The translations under genes and the position numbers were made by a program. A DNA stretch of 32,000 bases from Alkanindiges illinoisensis DSM 15370 (lineage in GTDB: Bacteria > Pseudomonadota > Gammaproteobacteria > Pseudomonadales > Moraxellaceae): NCBI RefSeq assembly GCF_000619845.1, contig NZ_KK211037.1, forward strand, positions 352,979 to 384,978. The letters are read 5' to 3'. Shown here piece after piece: positions 1-8,282 of the stretch. Under the pieces are notes generated by a model, which was given only the letters and a program-made list of their open reading frames with translations, was not told the origin of the DNA and searched no databases. Each line of letters starts with the position of its first letter. Position 1 is the stretch's first letter.

Positions 1-1
1 A

Positions 2-598
2 CTGGAACGCTATGGGCAGCCTGTGGTTGACCTTGAGCACATGGCAGGCTGGTTTAACGATATCTTGCAGGCTCAATTGCCAGAAGGTGCCACGCTGGCC
101 AGTCTGGACAGCCAGATTCATGAGTTTGAGTTTCACCTGTCGGTTGCTGACAAAATGGTGGATACCCAAGCCATTGGGCAGTTACTGGCCCAGCATCAAG
201 TACCGGTAGCGCCGCTCAATAGCGTGATGAATGCACGTTACCTGCATGGTTTTATTGATCTGGTATATGTGCATCAGGACAAATATTATATTGCCGATTA
301 CAAGAGCAATTATCTGGGCGACCAGTATAGTGATTACCAGCCTGCGGCACTGCGCGACAACATGAGTAATTCCAGCTACTGGCTACAGGCGGCGCTATAC
401 CAGCTGGCCTTGCATCGGTTCCTTAAGCTGCGTTTGCCAGACTATCAGCCTGCACGGCATCTGGGAGGGTCTGTGTATTTGTATTTGCGTGGCATGCAGC
501 AGGGTTCTGACCAGAACGGTATCCTGCACTGGCAGGCAAACGAGGACTTGCTTGATCAACTGGATCACTTGCTAGGACAGCATGATCCGTGGCAATAA
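2..598 (+). CDS. recB: Exodeoxyribonuclease V beta subunit (RecB), C-terminal nuclease-domain fragment; 5' end lies outside the window
   Basis: The frame is open from the window edge (LERYGQPVVDLEHMAGW...). It contains a RecB-family nuclease-type motif (IDLVY...YYIADYKSNYLG ... QAALYQLALHRFL) and ends 12 nt before recD, the expected recB-recD order. Confidence 0.8.
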   Translation: MERYGQPVVDLEHMAGWFNDILQAQLPEGATLASLDSQIHEFEFHLSVADKMVDTQAIGQLLAQHQVPVAPLNSVMNARYLHGFIDLVYVHQDKYYIADYKSNYLGDQYSDYQPAALRDNMSNSSYWLQAALYQLALHRFLKLRLPDYQPARHLGGSVYLYLRGMQQGSDQNGILHWQANEDLLDQLDHLLGQHDPWQ

Positions 599-610
599 CT
601 AAACAACCTG

Positions 611-2431
611 ATGGCAAATGGGCAAACATTAAAAGACTTTTGTCATTTTCTAAGGGCACTAAAACAGGCAGGCAAGGCTGTGGATAACTCTGTTGATAAC
701 CCTGTGGGTAAGTTTGTGGATAAACCTGTTGATAACCTTGCGGATAAGTCTGTTGATAATATTCAGACAACTGATGAGTCTGTAGAAGACACCTGGTTTG
801 CTGCTTTGGCAACCCAGTTAACCCGTCTGGATGCTGGGCTTACTGACCTTAAAAAAGATCAATTAAAACAACTTATTCTTAATGTTGGGCAGGCACTGGA
901 CAATGGCCATACCTGTTTGCTGCTAACGCCAGAGCATCTAAAATCTGTACAGTTACAGCATCCTTTGATTGTGGATGAAAAACAGGCCACAACTCAACCG
1001 GCACCGCTGGTCAGGGCGGAGGATTATCTATACTTTTATCGGCAGTGGCAACAGGAATATCGACTGGCTGAACAATTAACACGCATTTTAACGGCTGTTC
1101 GGCCAGTAACTGTACAATTTGAAGCCGGTGAAACGGCCAATGCACGCCAGCAACAAGCCATTACCCTGGCCGCCAGGCATTCCTTTAGCCTGATTACCGG
1201 TGGGCCGGGCACTGGCAAGACCTATACCTTGGTGAGGATTGTTAAGGCCCTGCAACAGGCCCAGCCGGATTTGCGTATTGCACTGGCAGCTCCCACGGGC
1301 AAGGCCGCACAGCGTATGCAAAGTGTACTGGATATCGCCTTTGCCGAATCCGGCATTCAAAGCAGCCAGATTCAAACCGCCCAGACTGTGCATCGGCTAC
1401 TGGGACTGGGCAGCAGCGGCAAGCCCCGTTATCACCAGCGCGTCCCGTTGCCGTATGACCTGATTGTACTGGACGAAGGCTCCATGCTGGATCTGGCGCT
1501 GGGCAGTTTGCTGTTTGATGCCATTGCACCGGGTACCCGCCTGATTATTCTGGGCGATGCCGACCAGCTGGCTGCGGTGGATGCCGGGGCAGTACTGGCT
1601 GACCTGCAACAAACCCCGGCCTTGCAGGATCACCAGATTCATTTGCTGGAAAGTAAGCGCTTTAATGCCACGCAAGGTATTGGCCAACTGGCATCGGCAA
1701 TTTTGGCGCAGGATATTACGACGTTCTGGCACACCTTTCACAAGCCTGAAAACCAGTCCATTTTAAAACACATTAATCCTGAGCCTTTAAGCGACCAGCA
1801 ACTGTTTGACCAGTTATGGCAGGGTTTTTTACCGTATGTTGACGCGCTAAAAAACGGACAGTCGGTGCAGCAACTGTTTTCGGTATTTGATCAGTACCGC
1901 ATTTTAACAGCCATGCGCTCAGGCCGCCTTGGCGTTAAACGGATCAATCAGGAAATGTCACGTCGGCTGCAACTGGCACTCACCCAGACGGTTGGCTTTG
2001 GTGACTGGTTTGCTGGCCGCCCGGTGATGATGAGCCGCAACGATTATGGCCTGCAACTGTCCAATGGTGATATTGGCCTGTGTCTGGCAGATCATACTGG
2101 CAAGTGGCAGGTGCATTTTGCGCATTTAAGCCAGCCTATTGCAGTTACCCGCTTGCCATTGCATGACATCAGCACCGCGTTTGCCATGACGGTGCATAAA
2201 TCTCAGGGTTCAGAATTTAATAGGGTGGCCGTCGTACTGGAAACTGCTGCACAAAACCTGTTAAGTCGTGAACTGCTTTACACCGCTGTGACACGTGCCA
2301 AGCAACAGGTTGATTTGTGGAGCGAACCGGCTGCTGCCGAACAGGCGTTACATAACAGGCTGGTTCGTCACACAGGATTACAGCGGCAAGTGCAAAAACA
2401 CATAATTGCACTCAACTGTGAACAAAAGTAG
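611..2431 (+). CDS. recD: Exodeoxyribonuclease V alpha subunit (RecD), SF1 helicase
   Basis: 606 aa, similar in length to E. coli RecD. Walker A is GGPGTGKT, Walker B-like is LIVLDEGSM, and the C-terminal SF1 motifs are HKSQGSEF and LLYTAVTRAK. It directly follows recB. No clear SD precedes the ATG at 611. Confidence 0.9.
   Translation: MANGQTLKDFCHFLRALKQAGKAVDNSVDNPVGKFVDKPVDNLADKSVDNIQTTDESVEDTWFAALATQLTRLDAGLTDLKKDQLKQLILNVGQALDNGHTCLLLTPEHLKSVQLQHPLIVDEKQATTQPAPLVRAEDYLYFYRQWQQEYRLAEQLTRILTAVRPVTVQFEAGETANARQQQAITLAARHSFSLITGGPGTGKTYTLVRIVKALQQAQPDLRIALAAPTGKAAQRMQSVLDIAFAESGIQSSQIQTAQTVHRLLGLGSSGKPRYHQRVPLPYDLIVLDEGSMLDLALGSLLFDAIAPGTRLIILGDADQLAAVDAGAVLADLQQTPALQDHQIHLLESKRFNATQGIGQLASAILAQDITTFWHTFHKPENQSILKHINPEPLSDQQLFDQLWQGFLPYVDALKNGQSVQQLFSVFDQYRILTAMRSGRLGVKRINQEMSRRLQLALTQTVGFGDWFAGRPVMMSRNDYGLQLSNGDIGLCLADHTGKWQVHFAHLSQPIAVTRLPLHDISTAFAMTVHKSQGSEFNRVAVVLETAAQNLLSRELLYTAVTRAKQQVDLWSEPAAAEQALHNRLVRHTGLQRQVQKHIIALNCEQK
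679..762 (+). repeat. 12-bp x 7 in-frame tandem repeat inside recD; each unit contains a DnaA-box-like 9-mer
   Basis: 9-mers start at 679, 691, 703, 715, 727, 739 and 751, an exact 12-bp period: TGTGGATAA, TGTTGATAA, TGTGGGTAA, TGTGGATAA, TGTTGATAA, TGCGGATAA, TGTTGATAA. The array encodes VDNS-VDNP-VGKF-VDKP-VDNL-ADKS-VDNI. Confidence 0.9.
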
Positions 2432-2438
2432 ACATTAT

Positions 2439-2456
2439 TGTGAGCAAATGCTCACA
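2439..2456. promoter_or_regulatory. 18-bp near-perfect palindrome (8+2+8), candidate protein-binding site
   Basis: TGTGAGCA-AA-TGCTCACA lies 8 nt after the recD stop. The 2-nt loop is too small for a good RNA hairpin, and no T-run follows. Confidence 0.3.
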
Positions 2457-2632
2457 CTAGATATATCTTTTAACCTCTATAGACCGATCAGTCTATTTGC
2501 GATGATGGCAGCACGATAAGTTGCTGGCAAGGAGCGCTGGTAAAGCACCATAACGATCAGAATATGGTTGGGAAACCTGCAAGCTTAAAGGAACTAAGTC
2601 AATAATAAAGAAACCGTTTTATACAGCCGCAT

Positions 2633-2675
2633 AAGCCCGGAAGGTGAAATTAATCCTGTGGGCTTTTCTTTTTTC
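2633..2675 (+). terminator. Candidate intrinsic terminator about 200 nt downstream of recD
   Basis: AAGCCC-GGA-AGG ... CCT-GT-GGGCTT is an interrupted stem, followed by TTCTTTTTTC. Confidence 0.5.
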
Positions 2676-2838
2676 TATACCTCAATATAAAATCATCAGG
2701 CTTGCGCCATAACCATTAATTTAGCCGATAAAATTTACAAACCATCAAACACTGCATGCATTTTTGCAACACGCCCAGCAAGATCAATAAGTTATTTTAA
2801 GTCTGAAAATTAACTCATGCATAAAAAAGGTGTTAGCC

Positions 2839-3291
2839 ATGAATATTTTTGAAGCCCTGCGCCAGAGTCACGAAGTGCAACGTCAATTGGGCGCACAATT
2901 ATTACAAACTCGTGGGGCCAGTGAAGAGCGCGATGAAATTTTCAAGCAATTTAAAATTGAGCTGGAAGCGCATGAAACTGCGGAAGAGCGCTATTTTTAC
3001 GTACCTTTGCTGATGGATGATAACGGGGTGGATTTAACCCGGCATGCCTTATCCGAGCACCATAAAATCGATGAATACATTGAAGAGCTGGAACAGGCTG
3101 ACCAGACCACCTCATCGTGGATGGCTACTGCCAAAAAACTGGTTGAGCAGGTGCATCATCATTTATCAGAAGAAGAACACCGTTTTTTCCAGATGTCGGG
3201 CAAGATCCTAACTGAACAGCAAAAACAGGAACTGGCTGAACAATATTTTGCAGAATTTGAGCGCCAGAAAGAAAAATACGCAGCAGCCTAA
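2839..3291 (+). CDS. Hemerythrin-like (HHE cation-binding) domain protein
   Basis: His/Glu motifs are spaced as in hemerythrin-like proteins (SHEVQ, EAHETAEERYFY, SEHHKIDEYIEE, HHHLSEEEHRFF). I prefer the ATG at 2839 over the GTG at 2830 because AAAAGG lies about 9 nt upstream. Confidence 0.7.
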   Translation: MNIFEALRQSHEVQRQLGAQLLQTRGASEERDEIFKQFKIELEAHETAEERYFYVPLLMDDNGVDLTRHALSEHHKIDEYIEELEQADQTTSSWMATAKKLVEQVHHHLSEEEHRFFQMSGKILTEQQKQELAEQYFAEFERQKEKYAAA

Positions 3292-3414
3292 GCGTCCGTT
3301 AAAATCATCACACCAGAACAGTTTCCTTAAAACCGCTAAAGTTTTGGGAAACTTGTCGTTTTAGCTTATCTATCCCAGCCAGTATTTATATCAGACCATA
3401 CCAGCGAGCCTGTC

Positions 3415-4503
3415 ATGTCCTACTATCCCTATACGCCTGATGTTGAAGTCAAAGCCAGTGACGAAGATGACCTGATTAATAAAATCGTAGAGTCCATGGC
3501 GCGGGTCAATACTCGTGCATTTGACCATCACCGCCATGCCACCCGTGATGCCCATGCCAAAAGTCATGGCATTGTGATTGGCCATCTGGAAGTCTATGAC
3601 AATCTGCCGGAACATCTGGCGCAGGGCTTGTTTGCCAAGGCTGGCCGCTATCCGGTAGTGATTCGCCTGTCCAGTGCCTTTGGCCATATTAAGGATGACC
3701 GCATTCCCACGGCGTATGGTATGGCAGTCAAGGTCATTGGTGTAGACGGTGAAAAAATTCTGCCGGAGCATCAAAACGATGTAACACAGGATTTTTTAAT
3801 GGTGAATCACCCGGTGATTCCGTTTGGTCATGTAAAAGCCTACTGGAAAATGCAGCATCTGGCAGAAAAATATGATGAGTCACCAGACTTGGTGAAGCAA
3901 ATTGGTGATTCACTGGCCAAACCGGTCAGTACGGTGGCCGGTCTACTGGCACACACCAATTCACCATTAAAGAAACTGGGCACGCCGCCCGTGCATATTC
4001 TGGGACAAACGTTTTATAGCATGGCCGCCATTCGTTATGGCCGCTATATTGCCAAGATCAGTGCTGCACCGTTGTCGCCGGAGGTTGCTGCACTGGCCGG
4101 GCAAAGCGTGGATATTACCGACCGACCTTCCGGCATGCGTGATCTGGTGGTGGATTTCTTTAGCCGTTCAGGCGCGGAATACGAGCTGCGGGCGCAATTG
4201 TGTACCAATCCGGCGGATATGCCGATTGAAGATGCCTCAATTGAATGGGATGAAAACAAGTCACCGTATCAACCAATTGGCAAAATTGTGATTCCGCCGC
4301 AGGATGCCTATAGTCCGGCGCGCCGCGTGTATGGTGATGATGTGCTGTCATTTAATCCGTGGCATTGCCTAAAGGAACACCAGCCGCTGGGGTCTATCAA
4401 CCGGGTGCGTATTCCAGCCTATGCACGTTCCAGCACGTTCCGTCATGAAATGAATGTGCAGCCACGTAAGGAACCACGCGATATTAGCGAAGTGCCGGAC
4501 TGA
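3415..4503 (+). CDS. Catalase-related (catalase-core-like heme) family protein
   Basis: 362 aa. The N-terminal RAFDHHRHATRDAHAKSHG resembles the catalase distal-His region (R..HAKG.G). Its size and layout fit the small catalase-related proteins. Recognised from memory only. Confidence 0.55.
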   Translation: MSYYPYTPDVEVKASDEDDLINKIVESMARVNTRAFDHHRHATRDAHAKSHGIVIGHLEVYDNLPEHLAQGLFAKAGRYPVVIRLSSAFGHIKDDRIPTAYGMAVKVIGVDGEKILPEHQNDVTQDFLMVNHPVIPFGHVKAYWKMQHLAEKYDESPDLVKQIGDSLAKPVSTVAGLLAHTNSPLKKLGTPPVHILGQTFYSMAAIRYGRYIAKISAAPLSPEVAALAGQSVDITDRPSGMRDLVVDFFSRSGAEYELRAQLCTNPADMPIEDASIEWDENKSPYQPIGKIVIPPQDAYSPARRVYGDDVLSFNPWHCLKEHQPLGSINRVRIPAYARSSTFRHEMNVQPRKEPRDISEVPD

Positions 4504-4517
4504 TTATTTTTCGCCAT

Positions 4518-4553
4518 AAAAAAAGCCCCATCAAACTGACAGGGCTTTTTTTA
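4518..4553. terminator. Bidirectional intrinsic terminator between convergent genes
   Basis: AAAAAAAGCCC-(13-nt loop)-GGGCTTTTTTT: an A-run, GC stem and T-run that work on both strands, between the catalase-like gene (+) and serA (-). Confidence 0.75.
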
Positions 4554-4571
4554 TAATTAAACTAAAATAAT

Positions 4572-5804
4572 TTAGTACAGCACGCGCACGCGAATGGTGC
4601 CTTCCACAGTTTGTAGGGCTTCCAGTGCGGCTTCAGATGCACCGGCATCCACGTCCATCACCAGATAGCCGACGTCACCTTTGGTCATCAGGCTTTGTGC
4701 CGCAATGTTAATGTGTTGCGCAGCAAACAACTGGTTCACTGCCGACAAAACACCGGGAACGTTTTTGTGGATGTGCAGCAGGCGATGGGTGCCTTCCTGT
4801 TGTGGAATGGCCACTTCCGGGAAATTCACGGCAGTGATGGTTGCACCGGCATCGGAATAACGCACAAACTTCTCAGCCACTTCCAGACCAATGTTAGCCT
4901 GTGCTTCCTGCGTAGAACCACCAATGTGCGGGGTCAAAATCACATTATCAAACGCACGCAGCGGCGACAGGAATTCTTCATCGTTGGCTTTTGGTTCTTT
5001 CGGGAACACGTCAATGGCAGCACCATTCAACTGGCCAGACTGGATTGCTGCGGCCAGATCATCAATCTCAACACAGGTGCCACGGGCGGCATTAATGAAA
5101 ATGGCGCCTTTTTTCATTTGGGCAAACTGTTCGGCACGCATCATGTTTTTGGTCGATGGCAGCTCAGGTACATGCAGGGACACCACATCAGATTGCGCCA
5201 GCAATTCCTGCATGCTGCCCACCTGACGTGCATTGCCCAGAGGTAGTTTGGTCACCACGTCAAAGTAAATCACTTTCATGCCCAGACTTTCAGCCAGTAC
5301 TGACAATTGAGTACCAATCGAACCGTAACCTACAATCCCCAAGGTTTTGCCACGCGCTTCATAGGAACCTTCAGCAGATTTTGACCAGCCACCGCGATGC
5401 ACCAGTGCATTTTTTTCCGGAATGCCGCGCAGCAATAAAATGAGCTGGCCCAATACCAGTTCGGCTACCGAGCGGGTATTGGAATACGGCGCATTAAATA
5501 CCGGAATACCGCGTACCAGTGCTGCATCCAGATTTACCTGATTGGTGCCAATACAAAAACAGCCAATGGCAATGAGTTTATTGGCCGCTTCCAGCACTTT
5601 TTCGGTAATCTGGGTGCGCGAGCGAATACCAATAAAGTGTGCATCCTTGATGGCCTCAATTAAGGCATCTTCATCAAGTGCTGTTTTACGGTAATCAATG
5701 TTGGTATAACCAGCCGCATGGAGAACATCGAGGGCGTTCTGGTGTACGCCTTCAAGCAGCAGAAAACGAATTTTATCTTTTTGCAAGGAAAGTTGTTGGC
5801 TCAT
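4572..5804 (-). CDS. serA: D-3-phosphoglycerate dehydrogenase
   Basis: About 410 aa from MSQQLSLQKDKIRFLLLEGVHQ. It has an NAD-binding GIVGYGSIGTQ motif, a 2-hydroxyacid dehydrogenase core and a C-terminal ACT-like region. I chose the start at 5804 because GGAG lies just upstream; the ORF-track start at 5840 adds 12 unlikely residues. Confidence 0.9.
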   Translation of the reverse strand: MSQQLSLQKDKIRFLLLEGVHQNALDVLHAAGYTNIDYRKTALDEDALIEAIKDAHFIGIRSRTQITEKVLEAANKLIAIGCFCIGTNQVNLDAALVRGIPVFNAPYSNTRSVAELVLGQLILLLRGIPEKNALVHRGGWSKSAEGSYEARGKTLGIVGYGSIGTQLSVLAESLGMKVIYFDVVTKLPLGNARQVGSMQELLAQSDVVSLHVPELPSTKNMMRAEQFAQMKKGAIFINAARGTCVEIDDLAAAIQSGQLNGAAIDVFPKEPKANDEEFLSPLRAFDNVILTPHIGGSTQEAQANIGLEVAEKFVRYSDAGATITAVNFPEVAIPQQEGTHRLLHIHKNVPGVLSAVNQLFAAQHINIAAQSLMTKGDVGYLVMDVDAGASEAALEALQTVEGTIRVRVLY

Positions 5805-5905
5805 GCCGGCTCCACAAAACCAAAAAAGTGTAAAGGCCAAAAATCAAGCCGTATATGATAGCATATTGCAATAGAGTCTGCTTTTTTTCTTAAGAGTCGT
5901 TTGCC

Positions 5906-7327
5906 ATGAATGCGCCGCTTGCCTTATCTGCCGAAAAACTGGAATCGTTACTGGAACAATTATCTGCCATCGTGGGCGAACAACGGGTCAAAACTGATCG
6001 TGACAGCCTGCAAACCTGGGGTAAGGACTGGACCAAGCATTTTGAACCCAATCCGTCGGTCATTGTATTTCCGGCCACGACGGAGGAAGTGCAGGCAGTA
6101 GTTAGGCTGGCCAATCAACACCAGATTGCTATTACCCCAAGCGGCGGACGTACCGGTTTGTCAGCCGGTGCGGTGGCCACCAATGGCGAAATTGTGATTA
6201 GCCTTGACCGGATGAACAAGGTACTGGAGTTCTTGCCCGCAGATCGCATGGTGCGCGTGCAAGCTGGTATGGTGACTGAAAGCCTGCAACAGTATGCCGA
6301 AGAACAGGGGCTATATTATCCGGTGGACTTTGCCTCGGCAGGTTCTAGCCAGTTGGGTGGCAACATTGGCACCAATGCTGGTGGCATCAAGGTGATTCAA
6401 TACGGCATGACACGGGAGTGGGTGCTGGGCTTAACGGTAGTGACTGGTAAGGGCGATATTTTGCGCCTAAATAAAGGCATGATTAAAAATGCCACTGGCT
6501 ATGCCTTGCAGCATTTATTTATTGGTGCAGAAGGCACACTCGGCATTGTCACTGAAGCAGAAATCAAGCTGACACGCCAGCCACAGGACTTGAAAGTACT
6601 GGTACTAGGTACACCGGATTTTGAGTCCGTGATGCCGATTCTGCATGCATTCCAGCAACGCATTGACCTAACAGCGTTTGAATTTTTTGGTGAAGTAGCG
6701 CTGCAAAAAGTGCTGGATGCGGGTCATGTGGGCAAGCCATTTGATACCCCATGTCCGTTTTATGTATTGCTGGAATTTGAAGGCCGCTTTGAAGCTGTGG
6801 TTGATGATGCCATGAGCATTTTTGAGCACTGCATGGAGCAGGGCTGGGTGCTGGATGGTGTGATGAGTCAGACGCAGGCACAGGCACAAAACCTATGGCG
6901 CTTGCGTGAAGATATTTCGGAAACCATTGCACCATTTACCCCGTATAAAAATGATATTTCCGTACTCATTACCCATGTGCCAGCGTTTATCAAGGAAATT
7001 GATGCCATTGTGGCTGCCAACTATCCGGATTTTGAAATCTGCTGGTTTGGCCATATTGGTGATGGCAACCTGCACTTAAATATCTTAAAACCCGCTAACC
7101 TGACCAAGGATGAATTCTTCGATCAGTGCAAAGTGGTAAATACCCAGGTCTTTGAAACCGTTAAAAAATATAACGGTTCCATTTCTGCTGAGCATGGCGT
7201 AGGTATGACCAAAAAGGATTATCTGGAATATACCCGCGATGTAGTGGAAATTGGTTATTTGCGTGAGTTGAAAAAAGTGTTTGACCCGAATGGCATTATG
7301 AATCCGGGCAAGATTTTTGATTTGTAA
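5906..7327 (+). CDS. FAD-linked oxidase (GlcD/D-2-hydroxyglutarate dehydrogenase-like)
   Basis: 473 aa with the PCMH-type FAD-binding domain pattern (PSGGRTGLSAGAV; GGNIGTNAGG; C-terminal AEHGVG). It is divergent from serA, as described for D2HGDH in Pseudomonas. Confidence 0.8.
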   Translation: MNAPLALSAEKLESLLEQLSAIVGEQRVKTDRDSLQTWGKDWTKHFEPNPSVIVFPATTEEVQAVVRLANQHQIAITPSGGRTGLSAGAVATNGEIVISLDRMNKVLEFLPADRMVRVQAGMVTESLQQYAEEQGLYYPVDFASAGSSQLGGNIGTNAGGIKVIQYGMTREWVLGLTVVTGKGDILRLNKGMIKNATGYALQHLFIGAEGTLGIVTEAEIKLTRQPQDLKVLVLGTPDFESVMPILHAFQQRIDLTAFEFFGEVALQKVLDAGHVGKPFDTPCPFYVLLEFEGRFEAVVDDAMSIFEHCMEQGWVLDGVMSQTQAQAQNLWRLREDISETIAPFTPYKNDISVLITHVPAFIKEIDAIVAANYPDFEICWFGHIGDGNLHLNILKPANLTKDEFFDQCKVVNTQVFETVKKYNGSISAEHGVGMTKKDYLEYTRDVVEIGYLRELKKVFDPNGIMNPGKIFDL

Positions 7328-7348
7328 GCCACAGTGTGATGATTAACA

Positions 7349-7377
7349 AAAAGCGTGGCTTCGGCTGCGCTTTTTTA
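7349..7377 (+). terminator. Intrinsic terminator
   Basis: AAAAAGCGTGGC-TTCG-GCTGCGCTTTTTT lies 22 nt after the stop at 7327. Confidence 0.8.
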
Positions 7378-7554
7378 TTGTGTAATATTTAAGCTTTAAA
7401 ATATTAATAAAAATCGAGTGAAAGAAAAATGTCTAAAGCCTTAGATTGTATTCGTCCTTTAAAAGTAAGACCAAGACATTAAGAAGATGGAGAGATATTT
7501 TTTTATGTTGATGCTAAGTTAGTTAATAAGGATGATGAGATTGCGTTAGGTTTA

Positions 7555-8235
7555 ATGTATATCTGTGATCGTAAGCTATTTGGTGCAGGTTATAGAGAAT
7601 TAATTGGAAATTATTTTGAAAGTATGGGCAAAGCTAGTGTGGTCATGATTTATCCATTTGTAAAATCTTCTAGTATTGTCTCAAACTTAAATTTTCCAGG
7701 TGATATTGATTTATTAATTATTCCTTATGAAGATAATCAGCTTATTGTCTCTAAGACATTAGCAATTGAGCTAAAAATTATTAGAGCAAAATTTACTAAG
7801 CAAGCAAAGTCACCTAATGATTTTGGTTTTTCTCAGGCTATAGGATTGCTTAAAGCAGGTTTTCCTTATGTTGCTGTTGCTCATTTAATTATCTCTGATC
7901 ATAGCCCTAAAGATTATTGGCGAGAGGTAGGTATGGCTCAAGTTTTAAATACTGATACAGGCGCAGCAAAGTGGCTAGGACTGAGTAAAAAAGATATGAT
8001 GCCAATTGATCTAATGACTAGAGCATATGGTCGATTAAAAGCTAATTGTCCAAATGAAAATATAGGATTATTAGCTTCTTATATAGATAAGAATAATTCA
8101 GGTCTGTGGTTTCCGGAAGGAAGAGCGGCTCAATTTAACCCAGAAAGTAATATAAATACGCTTGAACAGATCACGGAGTTTTACTATCGCAATTATGAAA
8201 ATTTTATTGATACGAGAAAATGGCCAAAAGATTAA
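7555..8235 (+). CDS. Hypothetical protein with a PD-(D/E)xK-like nuclease motif, in an AT-rich islet
   Basis: 226 aa. PGDIDLLIIPY...(about 20 aa)...LAIELK fits D...(D/E)xK, with ELK at nt 7768-7776. Sample lines counted by hand give about 30% GC, against 50-58% in flanking core genes. The frame stays open upstream to a TAA at 7480, which is preceded by an in-frame ATG at 7429. Confidence 0.5.
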   Translation: MYICDRKLFGAGYRELIGNYFESMGKASVVMIYPFVKSSSIVSNLNFPGDIDLLIIPYEDNQLIVSKTLAIELKIIRAKFTKQAKSPNDFGFSQAIGLLKAGFPYVAVAHLIISDHSPKDYWREVGMAQVLNTDTGAAKWLGLSKKDMMPIDLMTRAYGRLKANCPNENIGLLASYIDKNNSGLWFPEGRAAQFNPESNINTLEQITEFYYRNYENFIDTRKWPKD

Positions 8236-8282
8236 TTAAAATGGTTTGTCATAATTAAATTCAAAAGCCATATCCAAAACTT

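Noticed and set aside
675-765. Possible CRISPR-like or minisatellite array
   Set aside because: The units are 12 bp, contiguous with no spacers, and in-frame within recD, so this is not a CRISPR architecture. It is kept as a tandem repeat and DnaA-box-like finding instead.
423-812. 129-aa minus-strand ORF with a YPQ/YQQ repeat
   Set aside because: It is antisense to the recB end and the recD start. Its peptide repeat is simply the reverse-strand reading of the 12-bp tandem array, and the recB and recD frames have clear family motifs.
2439-2456. CRP/Vfr or LacI-family operator
   Set aside because: The TGTGA...TCACA arms are separated by 8 nt rather than the 6 nt of CRP sites, and the centre is AA rather than the CG core of LacI/GalR operators. 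It is reported only as an unassigned palindrome.
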